Shown here: one piece after another, positions 1 through 9,045 of the stretch
How positions within the stretch are numbered: the first letter of the stretch is position 1
Layout of the letters: the number at the start of each line of letters is the position of its first letter
From: a bacterium
GTDB taxonomy: Bacteria; Patescibacteriota; Minisyncoccia; Phycocordibacterales; UBA9973
Assembly: GCA_037130335.1 (NCBI GenBank)
Contig: JBAXTD010000002.1
Location: forward strand, 1 to 49,090
Direction of reading: 5' to 3'
Length of the DNA stretch: 49,090 nt
Notes under the pieces: model-generated
Told to the model about the DNA's origin: nothing
What the model saw: only the letters and a program-made list of their open reading frames with translations
The model's database searches: none
Translations under genes and position numbers: made by a program

Positions 1-63
1 ACGAAATCATGTGCGAATGTAACGAAAGCTTGCCAAGAATTTTTAAGAAATAAATTGTTATGA
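1..63 (+). CDS. 3' end of an upstream gene (partial), product unknown
   Basis: Frame 1 is open from base 1 (TKSCANVTKACQEFLRNKLL*) and ends at TGA 61-63, overlapping the ATG at 60 (ATGA coupling). Confidence 0.5.
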   Translation, partial: TKSCANVTKACQEFLRNKLL

Positions 64-1286
64 ATTTCACCGTATTACTTTTGGGTTCGGATGCGAATGC
101 GTATTATATGGCGCGGTGCTTTCATGAGTTGTATCACACTCCTGTTGATATGATGAACACAGCACTCATTGGTGTGACGGAGTACAGCAACATCATTAAT
201 TTTATCGAAGTTGAAAATTTTTCTGACAAGGCTGTTTTTGTCGAAGCGTTAAATAATTATTCCAACAAATCTAAGTTTGAAAAAATTGTTTTGATTGCGA
301 CAAATGACAAATACGTACGCATGATTGTCGAAAACAAAGATGTGCTCGATTCGAAATTTGTGTTTAATTATCCGACCCTCGAGATTGTAAACACACTTCT
401 CGTAAAAGATTTGTTTTATAACGCATACCACAGCGAACTCGAACCGCTCGAAGGATTAGGAATTCCAAAGACATTGATTTATTCGTGTAAAGAAAAACCA
501 GAAATAGTAAACGATTTCATGTATCCAATCATTCTCAAACCTGGCAATGGTGTGGAATACAACAAACATCATTTCGAGGGTATGAGCAAAGTATACAAAA
601 TCCAGTCATTTGATGAATTACAAAAAGTAATAAAAAAAATTGAGGATTCAGGATATGCCGACAATTTAATTATCCAAGAGTTTATTCCTGGTGACGATTG
701 TGCACTCTATGATGCAGTTTTTTATTGCGGTACAGACAAAAAGGTACAGCTTATGACGTTTGCACAAATTGGATTGCAGGAACGCACACCGACTGGTGTA
801 GGGAATTGTACAGTGCTTGTAAATGGTTTTGATGAGCATGGATACAAAGAAGCACTTGTGTATAAAATGAAAGAATTTTTGGAAAAGATTGGGTATCAAG
901 GGTTTGCCGAGTTTGATCTCAAATATGATGCTCGAGATGGCAAATACAAAATTTTTGAAATCAATCCACGTCAAGCACGAAGCAGTTATTATCTCGCCGC
1001 GTGTGGACACAATCTCGTGCAATATTTAATTGACGATGTGATTATTCATGTTTCAAAACCAGCAACACTTATAAAAAACGAAATGGTGCTTAGTTTCGTC
1101 CCTCCATGGATAATCACAGCATATGTCACAAGTCCCGCGCTTAAAGCAGAGATTGGCAAACTTGTAAACGAAGGTAAATTTGTCAGACCACTTCACTATG
1201 ATGGCGATACAAATATTATGCGCAAAATATATTTGTGGTTGCGTGATATTAACTACACAATCAAATACAAAAAATTTACTTGGTAG
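60..1286 (+). CDS. ATP-grasp carboxylate-amine ligase, D-aspartate ligase (Aslfm)-like
   Basis: N-terminal LLGSDANAYYMARCF, ILKP, IIQEFIPGDD, FLEKIGYQGFAEFDLKYDARDGKYKIFEINPRQARSS closely follow the D-Asp ligase family pattern. Confidence 0.8.
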   Translation: MNFTVLLLGSDANAYYMARCFHELYHTPVDMMNTALIGVTEYSNIINFIEVENFSDKAVFVEALNNYSNKSKFEKIVLIATNDKYVRMIVENKDVLDSKFVFNYPTLEIVNTLLVKDLFYNAYHSELEPLEGLGIPKTLIYSCKEKPEIVNDFMYPIILKPGNGVEYNKHHFEGMSKVYKIQSFDELQKVIKKIEDSGYADNLIIQEFIPGDDCALYDAVFYCGTDKKVQLMTFAQIGLQERTPTGVGNCTVLVNGFDEHGYKEALVYKMKEFLEKIGYQGFAEFDLKYDARDGKYKIFEINPRQARSSYYLAACGHNLVQYLIDDVIIHVSKPATLIKNEMVLSFVPPWIITAYVTSPALKAEIGKLVNEGKFVRPLHYDGDTNIMRKIYLWLRDINYTIKYKKFTW

Positions 1287-1308
1287 AAATGGTATATAAT
1301 ACACGCAT

Positions 1309-1641
1309 ATGAATAAACTAAAAGATATGAAATGTGTCGCGTGCGAAGGGGGAGTTGAGCCTATTTCTAAACCAGATGCGCAGCGTTTGATTATGGAAGT
1401 TGAAGGTTGGAATATGGACGCAAAAGCCAAAGTAATTTCCAAAGAATTTCAATTCAAAAACTTTGATAAGGCAATGGATTTTGTAAATTCTGTCGCAGAT
1501 ATTGCCGAGCAAGAAGGTCATCATCCAGACATTACAATTTTGTACGACAAAGTGTTACTCAAACTCTCCACTCACGCAATCAAGGGTCTTTCAGAAAATG
1601 ATTTCATCCTCGCTGCAAAAATAAATAGCATTCGATTATAA
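1309..1641 (+). CDS. phhB: Pterin-4-alpha-carbinolamine dehydratase
   Basis: KEFQFKNF...AEQEGHHPDITILYDKVLLKLSTHAIKGLSENDFILAAKI. Confidence 0.92.
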   Translation: MNKLKDMKCVACEGGVEPISKPDAQRLIMEVEGWNMDAKAKVISKEFQFKNFDKAMDFVNSVADIAEQEGHHPDITILYDKVLLKLSTHAIKGLSENDFILAAKINSIRL

Positions 1642-1695
1642 TTTATTTTGCTCTGTTTTGTAAAAAATAAAATTCTCGCTTTTCTTGTTTAAATG

Positions 1696-1746
1696 TGTTA
1701 TAAAGTAAGGGCTTTTTGGTCGGCTTCCTGGCCAACCAAAAAGCCC
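1696..1746 (+). promoter_or_regulatory. Extended -10 promoter and 5' leader hairpin of tRNA-His
   Basis: TGtTATAAA at 1696-1704, then GGGCTTTTTGGT (1709-1720) pairing with ACCAAAAAGCCC (1735-1746), 8 nt before the tRNA. Confidence 0.6.
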
Positions 1747-1754
1747 AGTAACAT

Positions 1755-1830
1755 GGTGCTTATAGTGTAATGGTTAGCACAAGAGTTTGTGGAACTCTTA
1801 GTCAGGGTTCAAATCCCTGTAGGCACCCCA
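1755..1830 (+). tRNA. tRNA-His (GTG)
   Basis: Acceptor stem GTGCTTA/TAGGCAC, encoded G-1 opposite C73, anticodon arm AGAGT-TTGTGGA-ACTCT, T arm CAGGG-TTCAAAT-CCCTG, encoded CCA at 1828-1830. Confidence 0.97.
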
Positions 1831-1840
1831 AATAGGAATT

Positions 1841-1879
1841 GAACTAAAATATCCCGTAACCATAGGGATTTTTTGGTTC
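1841..1879 (+). terminator. Probable terminator after tRNA-His
   Basis: GAACTAAAATATCCC / GGGATTTTTTGGTTC inverted repeat with a T tract. Confidence 0.6.
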
Positions 1880-1899
1880 TAACCTGATATACTTTTATT

Positions 1900-2676
1900 A
1901 TGAAAGAAACACAAATGAAAGATGCTTTCGGACTTTTTGCAAAGAATTATAAAAAGTATCGTGGTGAGCCAGATAAGAAACTATATAAACACATAGCTTC
2001 TTTAGTTTCTGATTTTAAAACTAAAGAAAAAATTTCAATTCTAGATATTGGTTGCGGGGTGGGTAATTCAACAGAACCGTTATTGAAGTTAAAAAGAGTT
2101 TCTGTTTCGGGTTGCGATATTGATGAACGAATGATCAAGGAAGCAAGGTTGAGTGCAAAGAAAAATAATTTGCCGATAAATTATGTGTCGGCTCCGGCAG
2201 AAAAATTATCTTTTGAAAAAGAAAGTTTCAATATGGCGATTTCGGGCGCTGCGTTTCATTGGTTTGCAACAATGAAGGCAATGAATGAAATAAAACGAGT
2301 ACTGAAGAAAGATGGGATATATCTTGTTTCTTGGTTAGTTGGAACTGATAATACGTCTCCAGTTGGTGTTGAAATATACAAGAAATATAAATGGTCTGGA
2401 ATTCCACAAAAACTGCGAGATATTGAATATGTAAAAAATATTTTTATTAAAGCCAAATTTAATAATGTTCAGACAGTAAAAATTCCTACGATTGAAAAAC
2501 GCAATATAGATGATACGCTTGGTTTAATAAAAACAAACTCGATGTATTCATTACTTACGGCAGAACAACGAAAAGATTTTGATATAAGCATGAAGAACGC
2601 ATATAAAATGGCCTACAAAAAAGATGACATTATAACCACAAAACATGACATGTGTATTTGCTGGGGATATAAGTAA
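1900..2676 (+). CDS. Class I SAM-dependent methyltransferase
   Basis: ILDIGCGVG motif I, GCDIDERMI, AEKLSFEKESFNMAISGAAFHWF, RVLKKDG. Confidence 0.9.
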   Translation: MKETQMKDAFGLFAKNYKKYRGEPDKKLYKHIASLVSDFKTKEKISILDIGCGVGNSTEPLLKLKRVSVSGCDIDERMIKEARLSAKKNNLPINYVSAPAEKLSFEKESFNMAISGAAFHWFATMKAMNEIKRVLKKDGIYLVSWLVGTDNTSPVGVEIYKKYKWSGIPQKLRDIEYVKNIFIKAKFNNVQTVKIPTIEKRNIDDTLGLIKTNSMYSLLTAEQRKDFDISMKNAYKMAYKKDDIITTKHDMCICWGYK

Positions 2677-2716
2677 AATTATTTATTATAAAAAAATACT
2701 TCTATATACTTACAAC

Positions 2717-3091
2717 ATGGATAAAAAACAAGCACAGAAACTTTTGATGATTTATGGAGAAGCTTGGGAAAAACGAGACCCAGAGCTTATTCTCACTATC
2801 TTTACGCCAGATGCCACATACGATGATCCACACGAACCAAAAAATTTCGGCCATGATGAGATACGTGCTTATTGGGTAAATAAAGTTATTGGCGAACAAA
2901 AAGATATTCATTTTACTTTATTGAATACTTGGGTGGATGGAGAAACTGTTGTTGCTGAATGGAAAGCAGATTTTATTGACACAAAACGTAATTTTAAGAT
3001 TGACATGGTAGAGGTTGCAATATTTGGTACCCGAGAAGGGAAATTCAGTTCATTGAGAGAGTATTATAAATCTATTAAAACCAATCTTTAG
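2717..3091 (+). CDS. NTF2/SnoaL-like family protein
   Basis: AWEKRDPELILTIFTPDATYDDP...GHDEIRAYW...LREYY. Start moved to ATG 2717, which lies 6 nt after TATACT. Confidence 0.8.
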   Translation: MDKKQAQKLLMIYGEAWEKRDPELILTIFTPDATYDDPHEPKNFGHDEIRAYWVNKVIGEQKDIHFTLLNTWVDGETVVAEWKADFIDTKRNFKIDMVEVAIFGTREGKFSSLREYYKSIKTNL

Positions 3092-3200
3092 TCGTAGGGT
3101 GTCAAAGTTAGACAATAAAAAAACATATAGGGAATTGAAATTCACAACAGTTTTTTTTTGAGAGTGTAATTTAATATTGTTTGATGTTATGATTAGTTTT

Positions 3201-5459
3201 ATGAAAAACTTTTTCAGGAATTTTTCTTTTATCAAATTATTATTGACGGCAGTCTTTTTTGTTTTTTCAGTTTCTATCTTTTTACCACAGACGGTAGAAG
3301 CTAGTACTCCTTTTATTACAACTTGGAAAACTGACAATCCGGGAACTTCGGCTAGTAATCAGATCACAATTCCGACGAGAGGTGGTGGATATAATTATAA
3401 TGTTGATTGGGGAGATACTACTACAAGTAGCGGGGTAACTGGAAACATTACGCATACGTATGCAACTCCGGGCACATACACTGTTTCAATCTCAGGAACT
3501 TTCCCTGGAATTTATTTCAATGGCGGCGGAGATAGAAGAAAAATATTAACCGTTCAACAATGGGGAACAATCGGTTGGACTTTTATGAACCATGCGTTTG
3601 AAGGAGCAAGCAATCTCACGAGTACTGCAGTGGATGTTCCGATTTTGTCGGGAGTGACTGATATGAGTTATATGTTTAAAAATGCTCCATTATGGAATGC
3701 CAATAATATGCCTGGATGGAATACGTCGAATGTAACTTTGATGAATTGGATGTTTTATAACGACACTGCATTTAACCAAGACATTAGTTCATGGAATGTT
3801 TCGCACGTAACTGATATGAGCTTTATGTTTGGTGGAGATTCTGCCATGGCTTTCAATCAGCCTATTGGTACATGGACGACAACTTCGCTTACACTTGCAA
3901 ACTGGATGTTTTACAATGCTACATCATTTAATCAACCACTTGATTCTTGGGATGTTTCGCATGTGACTGACATGAGTTATATGTTTCAAAATGCCAGTGC
4001 TTTTAATCAGTCTTTGAACTCATGGAGTACATCAAACGTGTATTACATGAATAGTATGTTTAAAAATGCGACACACTTTAATGGAAATATCAGTTCTTGG
4101 AATACTTCTGGTTTGCATGTAATGGACCAAATGTTTTCTGGTGCGACCGTATTCAATGGCGCGATTGGTTCGTGGGACGTATCGCATGTAAACAATATGG
4201 ATTCCATTTTTTGGAATGATGCAGCGTTCAATCAAAACATTAATGCTTGGAATATGTCTACAGTCACATATACAGGTAATATGTTTTCAGGAGATACTGC
4301 CTTTAATCAAGATTTACATTCGTGGGACGTATCTCATGTATTAAATATGGATAGCATGTTTTATCACGATACAGCCTTCAATCAATCTTTGAGTACATGG
4401 GATGTCTCAGGTGTACTTTACATGGGTAATATGTTTGATGGTGTTACGCTTTCAACCGCAAACTACGATGCAACATTGGCCGCTTGGTCACTAGAATCTT
4501 TACGTATTCTGGTAACTCTCGATGCAGGTAATAGTCGCTACTGTTCTTCGGTTACACAGAGAGCAAGTATGATTAGCGTACGTGGTTGGACTATTAATGA
4601 TGGAGGTCTTGGTTGTTTTACTCTTACTTACACAGCTGGTGCCAATGGTTCAATAAATGGGACAACACCGCAGACCGTTTCGCTTGGCGCTAACGGTTCT
4701 GCTGTTACTGCTGTTCCAAATAGTGGATATTCTTTTTCTGGATGGTCGGACTCATCGACCACAAACCCACGTACTGATACGAGTGTCGGTGGCAACATCA
4801 GCGCAACTGCACTTTTTGCGGCACTTCCAGTTGCAGTAAGTAATCATACGGGTCATGCTGTGATTGCTGTTAATCCGCGTGCGATGGATAATTCTTCAAA
4901 TCTAGATTTTTCTATTAACGATGGTGCTGTAACTACAACGTCACCAGTTGTTGCACTTACATTGAATGCGGACCCAAATACCGTCAACGGTTATGCTGTT
5001 TCATTAGATTCAACTTTTGCAAATACTGGAATACAAACCTATGCACGTGGTACAAAAGGTTCGTTTCAACTTCCTAATAAATCTGGAACGTATACTTTGT
5101 ATGTGGAATATTTCTCAACGACGGGAAATCATTCACCGGTGATTTCAAAAACTATTTCATATAATCCGAGCGGTTCTAATATAAATTCTGTAAATCAATC
5201 AACGAACTCAAAAAATGTTTTTACTCGCACATTAAATTTTGGTTCGAATGGATCTGACGTTACGGCCTTGCAAAAGTTTCTAATAAAAGATGGGGAACTA
5301 ATATTTCCAAGTGGTAGTATGTATGGAAATTTTGGAAAATTAACTCAGACGGCATTAAAAAAATTTCAAATAAAATATAAAATTTCAAAATCTGGTGATG
5401 CAGGATATGGAGTTTTTGGTCCAAAAACTCGCGCACAAGTAAATGTGCTTTCGATTTAG
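3201..5459 (+). CDS. BspA-like (DUF285) repeat surface protein with PKD-like, InlB-B-repeat-like and C-terminal peptidoglycan-binding domains
   Basis: Signal-like N terminus; VDWGD...THTYATPGTYTVSISG; about 11 FNQxxxxWdvSxVtxMxxMF repeats; LTYTAGANGSI...FSGWSD; RTLNFGSNGSDVTALQKFL...FGKLTQTALKKFQ...GPKTRA. Start set at ATG 3201, 7 nt after TGtTATGAT. Confidence 0.88.
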   Translation: MKNFFRNFSFIKLLLTAVFFVFSVSIFLPQTVEASTPFITTWKTDNPGTSASNQITIPTRGGGYNYNVDWGDTTTSSGVTGNITHTYATPGTYTVSISGTFPGIYFNGGGDRRKILTVQQWGTIGWTFMNHAFEGASNLTSTAVDVPILSGVTDMSYMFKNAPLWNANNMPGWNTSNVTLMNWMFYNDTAFNQDISSWNVSHVTDMSFMFGGDSAMAFNQPIGTWTTTSLTLANWMFYNATSFNQPLDSWDVSHVTDMSYMFQNASAFNQSLNSWSTSNVYYMNSMFKNATHFNGNISSWNTSGLHVMDQMFSGATVFNGAIGSWDVSHVNNMDSIFWNDAAFNQNINAWNMSTVTYTGNMFSGDTAFNQDLHSWDVSHVLNMDSMFYHDTAFNQSLSTWDVSGVLYMGNMFDGVTLSTANYDATLAAWSLESLRILVTLDAGNSRYCSSVTQRASMISVRGWTINDGGLGCFTLTYTAGANGSINGTTPQTVSLGANGSAVTAVPNSGYSFSGWSDSSTTNPRTDTSVGGNISATALFAALPVAVSNHTGHAVIAVNPRAMDNSSNLDFSINDGAVTTTSPVVALTLNADPNTVNGYAVSLDSTFANTGIQTYARGTKGSFQLPNKSGTYTLYVEYFSTTGNHSPVISKTISYNPSGSNINSVNQSTNSKNVFTRTLNFGSNGSDVTALQKFLIKDGELIFPSGSMYGNFGKLTQTALKKFQIKYKISKSGDAGYGVFGPKTRAQVNVLSI
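3645..4440 (+). repeat. Coding tandem ~25-aa BspA/DUF285 repeats
   Basis: About 75-bp periodicity with near-identical DNA units, e.g. TCGTGGGACGTATCGCATGTA near 4170 and TCGTGGGACGTATCTCATGTA near 4320. Boundaries approximate. Confidence 0.85.
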
Positions 5460-5511
5460 AACATAAGAAATAATGGTTATATTTTGTTGTATATGGTGAT
5501 ACAATAACAAC

Positions 5512-5961
5512 ATGAAACTCAAAAAATTTGATACAAGTATAATTATTTTCTTTCGAAAAATTTCGATTCCAGCTGCGAGACTTTCATTATTTGTCGTGTT
5601 TTTTTGGTTTGGATTATTGAAAGTTATTGGACTAAGTCCTGCGAGTGGACTCGTGCAGAGATTATTTGAAACGAGTGTGCCGTTTATTACATTTCATTCA
5701 TTTTTGTTGGGATTTGGTTTGTTTGAATGTCTCATTGGTATTTTGTTTCTCGTTCGTGGTGCGGAGCGTATTGTGATCCCGCTTCTCCTTGTGCATATGA
5801 TTACTACGTTTGGACCGCTTGTGTTGCTACCAAGCGAAACATGGCAGCGATTTCTCGTGCCCACACTCGAAGGTCAATATATAATCAAAAATCTTGTAAT
5901 AATTGCAACGGGTATTGGCATCGCGGCGCATCTCCATCCGTTTAGAAAGGAATTTCGATAA
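5512..5961 (+). CDS. DoxX-family membrane protein
   Basis: RLSLFVVFFWFGLLKV...GLFECLIGILF...HMITTFGPL...EGQYIIKNLV. Confidence 0.8.
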   Translation: MKLKKFDTSIIIFFRKISIPAARLSLFVVFFWFGLLKVIGLSPASGLVQRLFETSVPFITFHSFLLGFGLFECLIGILFLVRGAERIVIPLLLVHMITTFGPLVLLPSETWQRFLVPTLEGQYIIKNLVIIATGIGIAAHLHPFRKEFR

Positions 5962-5967
5962 TATAGT

Positions 5968-7071
5968 ATGCATAAAGTTATAAAACAACTTATTATTTTT
6001 GTTGCAATTACAACAGTTGTTTTTGTTGCTGCAAATATAGTAACGTATCGCGCACTTGTTTCAGTGTTTCGTATAGGCGATATACAAATAAAGCATAGTA
6101 TTGCGTACGCGTTTATGTTTTTGTCTGGCGGATTTATTGTGATGCTTTTTATTGAAAAGAAAGTTTCGCATGTTCTCGTTCGGATATTGTATACGGTAAC
6201 TGCTGTATGGACCGGGGTGTTTGTGTATTTATTTTTTGCCGCAGTATTGTTTGATTTTTCAAAACGAATGTTTTTTGACGCCCGTGTTTTCGGTGTGTTT
6301 TTCTTTTTTGTCGCAATCGCGCTTGGGATATATGGAGTCGTGCATGCAAAGAAAATTTTTATAAAAAAGATTCAGGTCTCATTACCAAACCTTCCTGTGG
6401 TATGGAGAGGTCGCACGGCAGTGTGGGTGAGTGATTTACATTTGGGGTCAATATATCAAGCGAGCTTTGCAAAAAAAGTCACAGATACAATTAATTCAGT
6501 ATCGCCAGATATTATTTTTGTCGGAGGTGATTTGTACGATGGTACACACGCACCAGATCCGTACGCCATTGCACAACCATTACAAAATCTATCGTCAAAA
6601 CTCGGAACGTTTTATATTACAGGCAATCACGAAGAGTTTGGGAGTGCAGAATTATTTTTAGATGCAATAAAAAAATTAGGCATGAATATTTTGCAAGATG
6701 AAAAAATTGAAATCGATGGATTGCAAATTGTGGGAGTTGATTATGCACATTCGGCACAAAAGGAAAATTTTAAAACAGTTTTGGATTCCATTGACATAGA
6801 TGTTTCAAAGCCTTCAATTCTCCTCAAACACGAACCGCGTGATTTGGAGACCGCCGAGCAGGCGGGGATATCACTTCAAATTTCTGGACACACCCATCGT
6901 GGACAACAATGGCCATTTAATTTTTTGGCGCAATATGTATACAAAGGATATGATTATGGGCTCAAAAATCACGGCACAATGAATGTTCTCGTATCAAGCG
7001 GTGTTGGTGGGTGGGGTCCTCCTCTCCGAATAGGGACAGATGGTGAAATAGTGCATATTACGTTTATTTAA
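5968..7071 (+). CDS. Membrane-anchored metallophosphoesterase (YkuE-like)
   Basis: Four N-terminal TM segments; SDLHLG, GGDLYD, GNHE, LLKHEP and SGHTHRGQ metallophosphatase motifs. Confidence 0.9.
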   Translation: MHKVIKQLIIFVAITTVVFVAANIVTYRALVSVFRIGDIQIKHSIAYAFMFLSGGFIVMLFIEKKVSHVLVRILYTVTAVWTGVFVYLFFAAVLFDFSKRMFFDARVFGVFFFFVAIALGIYGVVHAKKIFIKKIQVSLPNLPVVWRGRTAVWVSDLHLGSIYQASFAKKVTDTINSVSPDIIFVGGDLYDGTHAPDPYAIAQPLQNLSSKLGTFYITGNHEEFGSAELFLDAIKKLGMNILQDEKIEIDGLQIVGVDYAHSAQKENFKTVLDSIDIDVSKPSILLKHEPRDLETAEQAGISLQISGHTHRGQQWPFNFLAQYVYKGYDYGLKNHGTMNVLVSSGVGGWGPPLRIGTDGEIVHITFI

Positions 7072-7090
7072 ATAATGATATAATCGTTTT

Positions 7091-7675
7091 ATGAAAAAAT
7101 ATATTGCAGAATTTTTGGGAACATTTGGACTCACATTAGTAGTTGGATTATCACTTGCAGGAAAGTTTCCTGTTTCAACACCAGTACTCGCAGGATTCGT
7201 ATTGATGCTTTTTGTATATTCAGTCGGACATGTTTCGGGTACACACATTAATCCTGCGGTTACTATCGGCGTATGGTCTATCAAAAAAATTAGTTCAAAA
7301 GACGCACTGTTGTATATCGTCTCTCAATTCCTCGGTGCTGGGCTTGCGCTTCTCGTAGTGTCGACAACCGTTGGAATGTCACTGTTGTTTGTTGGAAATA
7401 ATTGGACTATCGCGATTGCAGAATGTTTGGGAATGTTTTTCTTCGCCTTTGGAATTGCATCAGTTGTGTATGGTAAAACGCCAAGTGATTTGTCTGGGGT
7501 AGTCGTTGGAGGATCATTACTTCTCGGTATCACAATTGCAGCACTTATGGGTTCAAATGGAGTACTCAATCCAGCAGTTGCATTTGGTATTGGATCATTT
7601 AATCTCACATATTTGTTTGCACCAATTGTAGGTTCTGTTTTTGGAATGAATGCATACAAATATCTCGTGAAATAA
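7091..7675 (+). CDS. MIP-family aquaporin-like channel
   Basis: AEFLGTF, SGTHINPAVT, second NPA in VLNPAVAFG. Confidence 0.92.
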   Translation: MKKYIAEFLGTFGLTLVVGLSLAGKFPVSTPVLAGFVLMLFVYSVGHVSGTHINPAVTIGVWSIKKISSKDALLYIVSQFLGAGLALLVVSTTVGMSLLFVGNNWTIAIAECLGMFFFAFGIASVVYGKTPSDLSGVVVGGSLLLGITIAALMGSNGVLNPAVAFGIGSFNLTYLFAPIVGSVFGMNAYKYLVK

Positions 7676-7681
7676 TTAGTT

Positions 7682-7721
7682 AAAATAAAAAACCCGACAT
7701 GAATGTCGGGTTTTTTATTTT
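7682..7721. terminator. Perfect 19-bp inverted repeat, intrinsic terminator
   Basis: AAAATAAAAAACCCGACAT-GA-ATGTCGGGTTTTTTATTTT. Confidence 0.85.
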
Positions 7722-7760
7722 CGTGACTTGCGGGGAAAAATTTAGTAGTATGATTTCGGT

Positions 7761-8423
7761 ATGATAAATCAAATTAATCCACTCAAACAAGTTCGCTGGC
7801 CCAAGGAGCGACTTTCTAATTTTACAGACAGTGTGTTTGCATTTGCGATTACGCTTCCAGTACTCAATATTATGGAGACATATTTTCCATCGGGAACTAC
7901 ACACTCGCTTTTTCCTGATATTATCAAGCACTTACCGGTGTTTCTCACGTATACAATTACGTTTTTGATTGTGTCGCGATTTTGGATGTCTCACACGAGA
8001 CTCTTTGCGCTTATCCGTGAATACGATCGTCGGATTATTGATCTCAATGTAACTCTTTTATTTTTTATCACACTCTTTCCGTTTGTGGCAGTAACATTTG
8101 GAAATCATGTGGGTAACAGAGATGCATGCATTATGTATGCGACTTGTTTTGCTGCGATCGGTATCGTGGAATATTTAATTGGTCGGCATGTGTATACCAA
8201 AAATCTTTTTGTTAACGACGATAGTGTCGAACCGCACTCGCTCAAGGTTTTTACGTTATATAGTTTGGCAACACCGACTATTTTTATCGTTTCAATTTTT
8301 GTTGCATTTGCTTCGCCTGTATTTGCTGAATGTTTGTGGATTATTCTTCTTTTTGTACGACAAGGGTTTCGATTGTACTTTAGAAACAATAGTGTTGCTG
8401 AAGCCGAAGTTGAAAGATTGTAA
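7761..8423 (+). CDS. TMEM175-family (DUF1211) potassium channel
   Basis: RLSNFTDSVFAFAITL signature; FWMSH...F; NVTLLFFITLFPF. Confidence 0.88.
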   Translation: MINQINPLKQVRWPKERLSNFTDSVFAFAITLPVLNIMETYFPSGTTHSLFPDIIKHLPVFLTYTITFLIVSRFWMSHTRLFALIREYDRRIIDLNVTLLFFITLFPFVAVTFGNHVGNRDACIMYATCFAAIGIVEYLIGRHVYTKNLFVNDDSVEPHSLKVFTLYSLATPTIFIVSIFVAFASPVFAECLWIILLFVRQGFRLYFRNNSVAEAEVERL

Positions 8424-8471
8424 AATACAAAACGCGTCGCAAACCGAAGGTTTGCGACGCGTTTTGTATTT
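8423..8471. terminator. Perfect 23-bp inverted repeat, bidirectional terminator between convergent genes
   Basis: AAATACAAAACGCGTCGCAAACC-GAA-GGTTTGCGACGCGTTTTGTATTT. Confidence 0.88.
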
Positions 8472-8479
8472 GTTGTATT

Positions 8480-8965
8480 TTATTTACATTTCACACCTTC
8501 TTTGAAGGTGCTAAACATTGAAATACTTGGAACAAGTCCCACAAATCCTGATTGATCAGCGCAGAAATATTGACCAGTACTTACTTTGGATGGGGCAGTG
8601 ATAGTAAAGCTACGAGAAGGGTAATCGGTAGCGACGATACACGAAACTGATTTGGTGTATTTTTGAATACTCGAAATAATACTTCCGACACTACCAGCAT
8701 TCGTCGTATCGTTACAAATGTTTTGACTTGCTGAAACTCCGTAGTTTCGATTTTGGACATAGTACACAGGAGAATATGCGCTGACACCTTTGAATAGACT
8801 CGCGATTGCACTATCGATACTGTTGTTTGTGGTATCAATGATTCCTTTTTTTGTATTATTTATATCATTTGTAACGGCAGTGATGTTTTGTGGCTTACGA
8901 ACAGAATAGTAATAACCTCCACCAATTAATGCCACGAGAATAATTAAAATAAGAATATTTTTCAT
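8480..8965 (-). CDS. Membrane-anchored pilin-like protein
   Basis: N-terminal TM segment, four Cys, C-terminal FTITAPSK...YFCADQSG resembling pilin globular-domain ends. ATG at 8965 lies 8 nt after TGaTATAAT. Confidence 0.5.
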   Translation of the reverse strand: MKNILILIILVALIGGGYYYSVRKPQNITAVTNDINNTKKGIIDTTNNSIDSAIASLFKGVSAYSPVYYVQNRNYGVSASQNICNDTTNAGSVGSIISSIQKYTKSVSCIVATDYPSRSFTITAPSKVSTGQYFCADQSGFVGLVPSISMFSTFKEGVKCK

Positions 8966-9045
8966 ATACAATAATTATATCAGAATTACATAAATACCAG
9001 ATACGTGTGTAATGCAAAATACACGTCCGGTGGTATAATATGTGC

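Noticed and set aside
3645-4440. CRISPR array or DGR template/variable repeats
   Set aside because: The repeats are in-frame coding units without unique spacers; there is no cas gene or reverse transcriptase, and differences are not adenine-specific.
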